NCBI GenBank assembly: GCA_012295275.1
Contig: CM022677.1
Span: forward strand, 8,432,001 to 8,496,000
From: Chrysomallon squamiferum
Lineage: Eukaryota > Animalia > Mollusca
DNA length: 64,000 nucleotides
Direction of reading: 5' to 3'
The translations under genes and the position numbers were made by a program. The stretch's first letter is position 1; each line of letters starts with the position of its first letter. Positions 1 to 11,318 of this stretch are shown piece by piece. The notes under the pieces are model-generated. The model ran no database searches, was not told the DNA's origin, and saw nothing but the letters and a program-made list of their open reading frames with translations.

Positions 1-185
1 TCAGACATAAAGACACACACAGAAACAGAGACCAGGATGAATTACATTTAGCTGTAAACTGACGGACATGTTGAATGCAGGGAAAGGAATCAGAGATGAT
101 TTGATGCATTTTTGTTCGACGGATAGATATACCAAACAAGAGACCTTCATATGGATTAATAAGAAAATAGATATGTATATGGACA

Positions 186-186
186 C

Positions 187-235
<49 letters not shown>

Positions 236-244
236 TAGATAGAT
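186..244. repeat. (AGAT)n/(AGAC)n compound microsatellite
   Basis: Directly visible tetranucleotide runs; explains the SVCL/SIYL-rich ORF 1..306. Confidence 0.9.
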
Positions 245-811
245 AGTTTGTATTCAGTTGATAAAAAAAATAAAAAATAAATCAGTCCATTCTCGCACCC
301 ACTCAACTTTTCATTTATAATATCTTATATCTCATACAGTTTTAGAAAAGATTATTAATCTGTACGTTTCTCTATATACTTACCATCTGCTAAAAGCCGA
401 AAATGGGAGAAGGCGCGAGATTAACGTCATAAATTATATTACACTATAGATTAAAATGATAATTTCAAGTAAGAACATAGATTATAGAGAATACCTGTAT
501 TTTGGGAAATATAGAGCGAACTTTCAGGTTGTTTTAATTTTTTTAATTTTTACTATTATTATTTACTTTTTGTAGAAGAAAACTTAAATGATATTCCATT
601 ATGTATACAAGCCTATCACGTTTATTTTGTAAAACAAGCGCAGTTTACACTATAAATCATATAATAATTATAAACAAGCAAAAATAAGGCGATAGTTTTA
701 CTTAAGGGTACCGCTATTTACACTGTAAATCCTATTGATATGACTAATTTTCGGAATATAAGTTTGATAACTTTAAACATTACTATCTACATCATTTCTT
801 GATTTTATCAT

Positions 812-1417
812 AGTGGGGTAAAACGCCTCGCTTGGACATGCCATAAGCAGATTAAAATAAAATATATTTAACTATAGCAACCAAAGTTATAAAGCCAAAG
901 TCGTCAAGTTAAAAATCAATCCAGAATATAATTAATTAAAACACCTAAATACATTAATACATAATGATATGAACCAGCTCCATTAATGGGTATGCGCCGA
1001 TTAAGAACTGCTGTAGACAAAAGATGTCTTATCCCGAGCAAATTGATTACGGCAATAATCTTGACAACAATTAAAATACCTAAATACATTAATACGTAAC
1101 AATATGAGCCGAGTGCTATAAAATAACGCACAGACCAGTGTCCAATGCGACACACACCGGCTGACCTGTCAGAAAGCGTGCCCGTCGTAGACGTTCTTTA
1201 CAACAGCTTGCTCTGATTAGCACGTTAATTTTTTTCATTCATTCATTCAGTGTCCAGTTACAACGCATTTGGCTGTCCAGCAATAAACACTTCGGAAATC
1301 AGCTCATTTCTCTTTCATTTTTATATTTAGACTCACAGACTGCATTCCCCAAAGCAGTTACACAGAAAAATAATCACGGTTAAAATAACCAAAAGACAAA
1401 AAATAATCACGGTTATA
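812..1417 (+). repeat. 5' LTR
   Basis: Near-identical to 7522-8040 over about 500 bp. TATA-like TATAAAA near 1117, AATAAA near 1282, ends GGTTATA 2 nt before the PBS. Confidence 0.9.
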
Positions 1418-1419
1418 AG

Positions 1420-1429
1420 TGGTGGAGAT
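1420..1429 (+). promoter_or_regulatory. Primer-binding site, tRNA-Ala-like (TGGTGGAGAT)
   Basis: Starts with TGG 2 nt after the LTR end; complementary to the ...AUCUCCACCA 3' end typical of eukaryotic tRNA-Ala (from memory). Confidence 0.7.
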
Positions 1430-1583
1430 CAAACGATCCCTGTCAATGAACGGGGCCAGTCCAATAAACTACAGAGAGAGGCTTCGAGGTTTCCAAATAG
1501 ACGCACCGATAAACCAACGCCAACACCAGCATTATATCCAACAATAGCCATCATCAACAACAGCTACAACTACTATTCAGATC

Positions 1584-2940
1584 ATGCCATCTTCTTCTAT
1601 GTCAACAACTAGTGATTCAGCCATCAATTCCCTACTAGTACCAACAGCACAAACGGTTACTCCCATCATGGCCCATGTAACACTGAACAAATTTTGTGGC
1701 AATCAGAATATTCACAGGACTAATTGCCTTAAACGGTTACTCAAGCGAACCAGCGTGTCTGTTGCTGCCATTCTATTTAGAAGGAACAGCTAAGATGTGG
1801 CATCAGGACTTAACCGAAGAAAAAAAGAAAAGCCTGCCACTCCTGAAACAAGCCTTTCAGAACAGGTTCAATCAAAGTTCGGCTTTCCATTTTGACTTTT
1901 TTCCATGTCACAGAAAACAACTGAGGCCGTGGAGGACTGCATAACACGAGTCCAAACAGCTACACAACATGAGTCCAAAAAGCTACACAACATGAGTCCA
2001 AACAACTACACAACACGAGACCAAACAGCTACATAACACGAGTCCAAACAGCTACACAACACGAGACCAAACAGCTACACAACACGAGTCCAAACAGCTA
2101 CACAACACGAGTCCAAACAGCTACACAACACGAGTCCAAACAGCTACACAACACGAGTCCAAACAGCTACACAACACGAGACCAAACAGCTACACAATAC
2201 GAGACCAAACAGCTACACAACACGAGTCCAAACAGCTACACAATACGAGACCAAACAGCTACACAACACAAAAACCTACCAAAAGAGCTTGTAATAGTAA
2301 TAGCTGTAAACGGCCTTCAGGAAACTCTTCGACTGTGGGTCCACAATAAAGAGCCCACAACGCTTGAAGAGGTGAGGTATTTTGCACATGTAGCTAACCA
2401 GTCCACTATAATGATGCAACTGCCCAATGCGGCTAACTTGTAAGAAAAGGTGGGCCACCTGTCGACATTGGTGGAAGCCTTACTAACAAACAAAGGTTAG
2501 GAGGTCAACCGACTACAGCACGAGGCCATACCGCAACAGGAAATGTCACACCTCAGGCATCCAGCCGAAGACGTTTCGGGTCACACTTTCCAGCCCCACG
2601 GAACAAAGCTTACTACCACAACGAGAATCAAGAGCCTGCACACCAAGCACTATTTCAACCAGCATACCAACCAAGATTCCAGCCACAATACCAGCGAACC
2701 CACCAGAATAGACCGATGTCGGCTCCACTGCAGCGGCCAACCAGACAGTACCAGCACCCTCTACCACCACAACTACGACAATGCTGTAACGGATGTGGTG
2801 AGTATTGCCCTAATCGATTTGTTTGTCCACATGCCAACACAATTTGTACATTTTGTTCATATAGAGGTCACCATGAATCAGCATGCATTAAGCGCTACAA
2901 CAGCCATACCAGATGGGAATTCGCGCCTGATAGACAGAGA
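1584..2940 (+). pseudogene. gag: Gypsy gag, frameshifted
   Basis: Fragments LPFYLEGTAKMWHQDL...LKQAFQNRF and VNGLQETLRLWVHNKEPTTLEEV; zinc knuckle CTFCSYRGHHESAC (CX2CX4HX4C) preceded by CNGCGEYCPNRFVC. Confidence 0.85.
1944..2265 (+). repeat. 23-bp minisatellite, 14 copies, inside gag
   Basis: Unit ACACGAG(T/A)CCAAACAGCTACACA; 14 copies counted (322 bp). Confidence 0.95.
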
Positions 2941-5900
2941 GAATCTGATATCAGGCACAAACCAGAATACGTTTCACTTGTAGCTCCTTTAACAAAAAAC
3001 ACAGTTCAAGTTAAGGTGGGTCAAGTTAAAACGGCGGCTCTTATAGACACAGGTGCATCCATTAGCTGTATTAGCGAACAGGTCATGCACAAATTACCAG
3101 TACAGCCCTTAATGTCCAAGTCTGACATCCCTGTCATCATAGGAGTAGGGGGAGAAAAACACCCAGTCTTAGGGTCATTATCTCTTAAAATTCGCATTGG
3201 CAACATTTCTATTTCACAAACATTTCATGTCTTTTCTTCTCTTCATCACTCCCTCATTCTTGGAATGGACTTCCTTACATACAACATTGACTTAGCGGCT
3301 CGAAAACGTTACATTTACGATGGTTTCATTTCTGTTTGTCTAGCAGAGACAAATGCAGGCTCTATTAAGACTACGGAAACCTGTGGTTATTCCCCCAATA
3401 TCACAAGCTGATTTGCCAGTACAAATAGCCAGATGTGGGAAGGACCAAAGTTTTCTCATAGAACCTACATCGAGTTTACAAAACTTACAACTACAAGGTG
3501 CAAAGTGCTTAGTCAATACGTCAAAAATGTCTATTTTCCTTACAGTCTTAAACCCTACAAACTTACCATTCGTCTCGGATCCAGATGAGTAGTGGCAACC
3601 GCATCGGTGGTATCCGACAATGGTGTCCATACTCTTACAGAAGTAGCCCATTCTACCTCTAGTCCTCCCCAGATTTCATCTGTCTCAAAACATAAACCAC
3701 AATCAAATGACATTTCCTTCGATCTAACTGACTCTGATCTCAAAAAGGGCAACTTCAACAATTCCTTGCAACTCATCGTACAGCATTTGCAAAAGACTGG
3801 GTTGAACTAGGAAAAACTGACTTGCATCATCATAAAATAGATACAGGTGATGCAAGACACATTAGGCTTACTTTCTACAGACAAAATGTACAAACTAGGA
3901 AAGAATGCTCAACCCAAGTCCAACAGATGCTTGATGCTGGTATCATTCAGCCAAGCACATCACAATGGCATTTTCCAGTAGTCATGGTGAAGAAGCATGA
4001 TGGCAGTTACCGGTTGCGGTAACAAAACCCCTAGATCCTTCCACAAAATATCGTTCAGCCTTTATAACCCCTGAAGGCATTTTTGAATGGAATCGTTTAA
4101 CATTTGGAGTGAAAAATGCTCCAATGGCATTTCAACAAACCATTTCATCAGCCCTCAAACAAATGAACTGGAAATACATTTTAATTTACGTTGACGACAT
4201 CATTGTTTTTTTCAAAGAACTTTACAGAACATCTTCAACATTTGTCATGTATTTTTCAAAAGCTAAAAGAAGCTGGATTGACACTGAAACCTAGCAAATG
4301 TCGATTTGCCGCGAAAAAGGCAACCTGTCTTGGGCATTTGTTCAGCAAAGAAGGCATTGAGGTAGATAAGACGAAAGTTGAGGCAGTGGTTAACATTCCA
4401 CCTCCAAAAACGGTCCATGATGTTAGGCATTTGTTAGGCATCTGCAGCTACTATCGAAAATTTGTCCTACAACTTTGCAGGCATTGCCTCTCCTCTCAAC
4501 AATCTTCTCCAGAAAGATGTTCCATTCAAATGGACAGTCCAATGTCAGCAAGCTTTTCTGCAGCTTAAGAAAACCTTGACATCTGCACCTGTCCTCGCCT
4601 ATCCTGATCCATACCAGCCATTTGTCCTTACAACAGATGCATCTGGATCTGCACTTGGATACTTTCTGAGTCAGCAGGATGTTGCTGTGCGAGAGCATGT
4701 AATTTGCTATGGAGGTCGATCATTACATCCCTGTGAAAAGAAACGGGGAACTACACAACTAGAGTGTCTGGCTGTATTGGAAGGCATTAGAACCTACAGA
4801 GTGTACCTTACAACACAGAAGTTCAAGGTTTACACAGACCACAAAGCTCTTACATGGCTAAAAGACATCAAACCATATTCTGGACGTTTAAACAGATGGT
4901 TGCTCATGCTTTAGGAGTATGATTTCGATATTATACACCGAGCAGGAACTGCCAACAAAAATGCTGATGCCCTATCAAGAATCCAATATGCTTCACAAAC
5001 TACGCTGCCAGTCACAGATGATATTCCTTCTTTAGATTTAAGAAACAGATAGACTACTGATCCATCAACAAGCCAGTTAGCATATGCTCATGCAGTAGAA
5101 ACATCTGTCTCTACATCCAATAGCACTGATTTGTCAGCGCATACTTTTGACATGTCATTCTTCAACAAAACAGAACACCATGCCCAACCAAAACTCAATA
5201 CTTCACATTATGATAAATCAGAACAATGGCATCCTGATGATACAATTTTTGGAAACACAGTTCATCAGCAGACGAATTTTCAAACGGATTGCAGTTGATA
5301 TTCTGATGAATCAGTTCAACTATCTGTGGACTTCCATTATCATCATGATACAGTTCCAAATGAACCTTTCGTTCTATCAAGTGATGTTAACCTTGATGAG
5401 CAGAGTATTGCAGACAGACAGTGCAAGTCTCCCGACATAAGACATATCATCGACTACATTGAAAAGAATGCTACCTATACAGAGTCACAGGAAAAAGGAC
5501 TCCAGGATCGCTCCCAAGATTTTCGAAATGGCATTTTATACCGAGGACGTCAGTTCACCTCATTTCTGGCGAATGGAATTTGCGAATTGTTTGAGGTGAA
5601 ACATCATTACACATCCTCCTATCACCCTCAAACGAATGGCATGTGTGAACGAAGAAACAGCACCATAGATCATATGTCAACAAAGAACAAACCAACTGGG
5701 CTGACCTACTTCCTTGTACTATGATGGCAATGCGAAATTCACCATGTCAGTCTCAGGCTATTCTCCACATTACCTTCTTTCTGGCAAGGAAATACATCTT
5801 CCATTTAATACCTCTCTTCTTCCAAAACCAACCTTGGGCAAAGACGCTAAAACTCATATCACTGCCCTCACTGACAATCTCAAAGTAGTCAAGGCTATCA

Positions 5901-6600
5901 CAAAAGACAACATGGCTAAAAGCCAAACAGTCAACAAAGATCACCAAGATCTAAAAGCACAAAAGCCGACATTTTCCGTGGATGACCAAGTGCTCCTTTT
6001 CAATCAGAAAAAGACCATAGGTCGCTGACCGAAACTGACACACAAATGGGAAGGTCCGTATTTCATTACACAAATAGGACCCAATCATACCTACAAACTG
6101 TGTCATTCTATATCCAAGACCCCATCACTGGTACACGCCAATCGTTTAAAACTCTATCACAGTAGACCACAGACAACTCCACATACGACGACTCATACAT
6201 ACCAATCTCAGGATTCACGAATGTCAGACACTAGGACAACTAGTGACTCCCAACCAAAACAAAGTCCCAACAGAATAGTGCCTGCTCCACAGCAGACTGC
6301 ACAAACACATCAGTCTCAAGATGCACGCTTATCCCAACGCACAACAAATAAACAAGTAACTACAGACACTAACATGAATAGGAATCCCAAAATATCATCC
6401 CCACCTATATCATCACAATCGGCACCAACTGCCCAGTCACCCTCCCAATCACCGTCTCCACAATCGGGTACAAAAACGTCTCATACACCTACATGGGAAA
6501 CACATACACACTTTGAGCCGGATCTTTTGAAAGACTTTTATATCCGCAAGACACAACCTGGACGCAGATGAAAAAGGGGCCGTAAATATTTTTTAAGTCA
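2941..6600 (+). pseudogene. pol: Gypsy pol (PR-RT-RNase H-IN plus chromodomain-like tail), disrupted
   Basis: ALIDTGASISCIS...LILGMDFL; HKIDTGD; FGVKNAPMAFQ; IYVDDIIVF; FVLTTDAS; LECLAV; YTDHKAL; FTS...TSSYHPQTNGMCERRNSTI; KWEGPYFI. Internal deletions near 4020 (RT N-terminus) and 5542 (IN HHCC region). Confidence 0.92.
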
Positions 6601-6787
6601 AAACCCTGTTTTCCCTATTAGAGCCTTGACAGGCATGGGATTTAATGGGAGTACTAATGGGTGTTCTATCATAGTGTTGAGATTGTTGATGGCCAGAACA
6701 TATTTCAATTCTGGATCACCTACTGGTGTATCCCATTGGCTTCATTTTGTCATAGGTTCTATCTAGGGAACACTGCTCGTTTGGCTA

Positions 6788-7345
6788 ATGATGATATTCT
6801 CGACTCCAGTTCTTGCGGTGAAACCGTTCAACGACAAAACTATAGAATTACCTTCCTTTCACTACCATGCGCCCTCTATGCCACAAACCGACTCATTTTT
6901 AATAACAAATCTCAATGACTACCATTTCTCCATTATTCTTGGAATAATACCAATCTTAATGATTGCTCTCATCATTGTATTAATCATGAGGCAACGCCAG
7001 TCACACAAACATTGCATAATGGTGGAAATAAAATCAGGTCCAGTATGTATCACTATTCCTATAATATTCCTGTCACTGAGTCCTTCTTACTGGTTAATCC
7101 AACTCCCTAACTATACAGACAACCTACAAATCTCTGGATATTTCTTTCCCTCACTGTTAACTGGCCTGAATTTCTTACCAACAAGCTTACACACAAATCA
7201 CTTGCCCTTCCTACACGAATACGAATTTCATTCCTCACTAGGAATTTACCGTCTCTTCCAGCAACCATTTACTGCTTATTTATTACTGGTTCATCACGGT
7301 TTTTTTAAGGTTCTGGGACCAGATTCGTCAGGGAAACCATTTTAA
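6788..7345 (+). pseudogene. env-like ORF remnant (C-terminal transmembrane anchor plus tail)
   Basis: Sense ORF between pol and the 3' LTR with a hydrophobic span FSIILGIIPILMIALIIVLIM followed by basic RQRQSHK; no signal peptide or large ectodomain visible. Confidence 0.55.
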
Positions 7346-7521
7346 CCAACAGAAAAAAAAAAAAAAAAAAAAAAAAAGCTGTTGGCATGTGGCATAGGGC
7401 AATACTCGTGAATTATTAGTACAGACTTTGTATTGAAAATGAATGTAAATATATGTATGTATATTATGTTATTATGTTAAAACTTGTTTGCTTTTGAGGA
7501 CAACAGCTACATGATGCATAA

Positions 7522-8516
7522 TGTGGGAAAAACGCCTCGCTTGGACATGCCATAAGCAGATTAAAATAAAATATATTTAACTATAGCAACCAAAATTATA
7601 AAGCCAAAGTCGTCAAGTTAAAATCAATCCAATCTAACAACAGACACCTAAATACATTAATACATAATGATATGAACCGGCTCCATTAATGGGTATGCGC
7701 CGATTAAGAACTGCTGTAGACAAAAGATGTCTTATCCCGAGTAAATTGATTACGGCAATAATCTTGACAACAATTAAAATACCTAAATACATTAATACGT
7801 AACAATATGAGCCGAGTGCTATAAAATAACGCACAGACCAGTGTCCAGTGCGATGGACACGTCCGCTGACCTGTCAGAAAGCGTGCCCGTCGTAGACGTT
7901 CTTTACAACAGCTTGGTCTGATTAGCACGTTAATTTTTTTCACTTCACTTCACACTTCAGTGTCCAGTTACAACGCACTTGGCTGACCAGCAATAAACAC
8001 TTCGGAACTCGGCTCATCTCTCTTTCATTTTTATATTTAGGTAAATACCTTTAAACTATGTTTGTTATAAAATGCTATTTATTACATGTCGTTGGTGCCA
8101 CAGGAACACGCGCAATATGTACTTTATTGCTCTAATATTACAAATCGTTAGTAACTACAGGTACAATAGTAAACGCAATATGCATTGAAACAACATATAC
8201 ACAATTTAACTAATGCAGTTATTTACTGTTACCTGTGTATACAGTCATTATGCATAATTAATATATATGTATGAATCGATTTTATGTACACATATTGTAT
8301 TGTTGCAACATGTGTATATGTATATATATATATATATATGTATTCTATGTAAAAGAAAACGCACTTGGCTGACCAGCAATAAACACGTCGGAACTCGGCT
8401 AATCTCTCTTTCATTTTTTTATATTTAGACTGGACACCATTGCTCTCAGACTGCAATCCCCAAAGTAGTTATACAGCAAAACAATAACCAAGGATAAAGA
8501 ATTAATCATGGCTATA
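7522..8516 (+). repeat. 3' LTR, interrupted by about 317 bp of unrelated DNA with a ~70-bp duplication
   Basis: Starts TGTGGG at 7522 and matches the 5' LTR to 8040. Segment ~7972-8040 recurs at ~8358-8428 and then continues as a diverged copy of the 5' LTR end to ...GGCTATA at 8516. Confidence 0.85.
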
Positions 8517-8920
8517 ATTGTATAGGCAAAAAGTACTTTATTACACATTGGAGAATAGTGATAGCAATAGCAGTAGTAGTACTAGTAATAGTAGCAAAAT
8601 TTGAATTAGTTATTAATGTATGAGTGGTGATAGTAAAACAGTAAAACTATAGTGTTTAGTAACAGAAGTATTAATAGTAATGTAACATAGTAATATTTAA
8701 AGTGGTATTAGTAATGGTAGTATCTGTAAAGGTAAAAACAGTAGCAGTAGTAGTAATAAAGAAGAGTAATAAAATAATATAGTAGTAACAGTAGCAGCAG
8801 CAATATTTAAAGTATAACAGCAGGTATAATAGTACTAGTATTACTATTGGTAATAGTAACCGTAGTAGTAACAACAGTAACAGAGCAGAAGTAAAATAGT
8901 GGATAGTAGTATAATAAGTA

Positions 8921-9780
8921 CCGTATATACTTGTGTACAAGGCGACCTTATGTATAAGTCGATGTGTATTTTAAGACCAAAAATTGCGTCATTTTAGGTA
9001 TTACTTGTATATAAGTCGACTGTAGATTCCAGGCACCGTCACTATTTTTAAACCAGTGTGACAGTGCCATGAAGGCCTACATTGTACGCCTACTGTAACA
9101 TAACTTGCAGGAGCTGTAACTTGCACATGCAATTCAAAGTAAGATAATTTCGGAACCTCAGCAATATTTTTTTCTATCGAAACTCTGCTACAAGACACGC
9201 CCCCGATCCTATTCCTAGCGCGCTAATTGGCCGAGGCTTCGCGCACTTGGCAACCAACTAGAATAACAAATATGGCGAGAAGTTGAACTGATTTTTGTTG
9301 CAGAACGTTTATAGAAATTTAGTTTGTTTTCGATTTGTCGGTAGTGGATATTAATGACGATTGCAGTACTATTTCACCAAATTCTTTACAATTACACAAG
9401 TGAGTTTTGTTTGTGAAATTAGGACCGATATTTAGTGCAATTTGGCAGAGAAGTCTGCATTCCTAGATCATTGCAAGACGCCGTAAGGCATAACGCCGTA
9501 CTGACGGTTTTCTCGATTTAAAATGTATTTTTATGTCATTAAACGGAAGAATATCATATTTGGTTTTGTTATTTTTCAAAAATGTTTATATACGATAAAA
9601 TTATATTTTTGAAAAGCTGAAAGACCGCGATTATTTTAGATGCATCCCGTAGCAAAAAACAGTCAAAATGGCGACTCTTCAGCAACAGCTACAAAAGCAT
9701 TACCTATGTATAAGTCGACCCCCAAAATATTACCTTAATATAGTCTCCCAAAAATTCAACTTACACACAAGTATATACGG
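8921..9780. mobile_element. Non-autonomous Tc1/mariner-superfamily (Tc2/pogo-like) MITE, 860 bp
   Basis: Perfect 16-bp TIR CCGTATATACTTGTGT at both ends, TA on both flanks (8919-20, 9781-82), internal TATAAGTCGA repeats near 8954, 9010 and 9709; no transposase ORF. Confidence 0.9.
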
Positions 9781-10590
9781 TAGTAGTAATAACAGTAGTA
9801 TTGCTGAAGTAACAGTGACAGATTAGTAGCAACAGCGGTAGTATTGCTGAAGTAACAGTGAGAAATTAGTAGCAATAGCAGCATCGCTGAAGTAACAGCG
9901 ACAAATTAGTAGTAATAGCAGTAGTATTGCTGAAGTAACAGTGACAGATTAGTAGTTATATTAGTAGTACTGCTGAAGTATCAGTGATAGATTAGTAGTA
10001 ATAGCAGCAGTATTGCTGAAGTAACAGTGACAGATTAGTAGCAACAGCGGTAGTATTGCTGAAGTAACAGTGAGAAATTAGTAGCAATAGCAGCATCGCT
10101 GAAGTAACGCCGACAAATTAGTAGTAATAGCAGTAGTATTGCTGAAGTAACAGTGACAAATTAGTAGTAATAGCAGTAGTATCGCTGAAGTAACAGCGAC
10201 AAATTAGTAGTAATAGCAGTAGTATTGCTGAAGTAACAGTGACAGATTAGTAGTAATATCAGTAGTACTGCTGAAGTATCAGTGATAGATTAGTAGTAAT
10301 AGCAGCAGTATTGCTGAAGTAACAGTGACAAATTAGTAGTAATAGCAGTAGTATTGCTGAAGTAACAGTGACAAATTAGTAGTAATAGTAGTAGTATTGC
10401 TGAAGTAACAGATTAGTAGTAATAGTAGTAGTATTGCTGAAGTAACAGTGACAGATTAGTAATAGCAGTAGTATCGCTGAAGTAAGAGTGACATATTAGT
10501 AGTAATAGCAGTAGTACTGCTGAAGTAACAGTGCTAGATTAGTAGCAGTAGTATCGCTGAAGTAACAGTGACAGATTAGTAGTAATCAGT
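9781..10590. repeat. ~43-bp minisatellite, about 19 copies
   Basis: Unit TAGTAGTAATAGCAGTAGTATTGCTGAAGTAACAGTGACAGAT with variants. Confidence 0.92.
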
Positions 10591-11146
10591 ACGAAAGCAA
10601 TGAAGACGACATTAATAGGAAATAAAATAATAGATGATGCACCTGCACAGAAAGTAAGAGGAGTAATTTTGAAAAAGCGGTTAAGAATAATGAGAAGTAC
10701 TCGAAGAAAGCTAGGAATAACAGTTAGTATAGCAACGATGGTGATTTTAATAGAATAGTAATAATACATTTTTATATAGGTTTTAAACTCGAAAAAAGTA
10801 TGAATAATAGGTACTAAAAAGCAAGTTTAGCGAGATGAACACCGATGACGTTGAGAACAATGCTGTTATGACGGTAATGACGACGACATTAACAGAAATT
10901 ACAATAACATATTATAATAGGTTATCCAGCTGCTCAGAAAGGGTCAGTAATAATTAATAAAAAATGCTAAATGATAATGAGTACACCAATAATGTTAAGA
11001 ACAATGCTGATACGAAGGCAACAACAGCGTCATTAATAGAAATAGTAATAAAAAAATTTAACATAGGATGTGGACACTAAGGAAGTATGACTAATAGTTA
11101 ATAAAAAGCAAAAGATTAAAAAGTACACCTAGAACGTCGAGAACAA
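10590..11146. repeat. Diverged ~140-bp tandem repeat, about 4 copies
   Basis: Recurring GACGACATTAAYAG and GAGAACAATGCTG-like motifs at about 140-bp spacing. Confidence 0.5.
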
Positions 11147-11318
11147 ATCCTAACCTAACCCTCTAATCCTAATCCTAATCCTGACCCTAAACCATAACCC
11201 AACCCTGAACCCAAACCCAATCCTAACCCTAACTCAACCCCAACCGTAACCCTAAACAATAACACTAACCCTAATTCTCTAGCCCAAAATTTCATTCTTA
11301 CCCATAAACCCTAATCCT
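11147..11318. repeat. Degenerate (CCCTAA)n telomere-like tract
   Basis: Runs of CCCTAA/TCCTAA/CCCAAA variants. Confidence 0.8.

Larger units (their letters stand above)
812..8516 (+). mobile_element. Degenerate Ty3/Gypsy LTR retrotransposon with an extra 3' env-like ORF
   Basis: Paired long direct repeats (812-1417; 7522-8040 plus 8358-8516), PBS, and domain order gag(CCHC)-PR(DTGAS)-RT(YVDD)-RNase H(TDAS...TDHKAL)-IN(HPQTNG, GPY/F), which is the Gypsy order. Many frameshifts, stops and deletions; no clear TSD. Confidence 0.95.

Noticed and set aside
916-1155. Paired antisense ORFs 916-1155 and 7634-7943
   Set aside because: They are similar only because both lie in the LTRs; no independent coding evidence.
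1944-2265. CRISPR-like appearance of the 23-bp array
   Set aside because: Units are head-to-tail with no unique spacers, there are no cas genes, and the context is eukaryotic.
812-8516. DIRS/Ngaro element suggested by split repeats
   Set aside because: It encodes an aspartic protease and DDE-type integrase fragments, has a PBS, and shows no tyrosine recombinase.
805-8525. Target-site duplication of the Gypsy element
   Set aside because: Flanks (..TATCAT and ATTGTA..) do not match.
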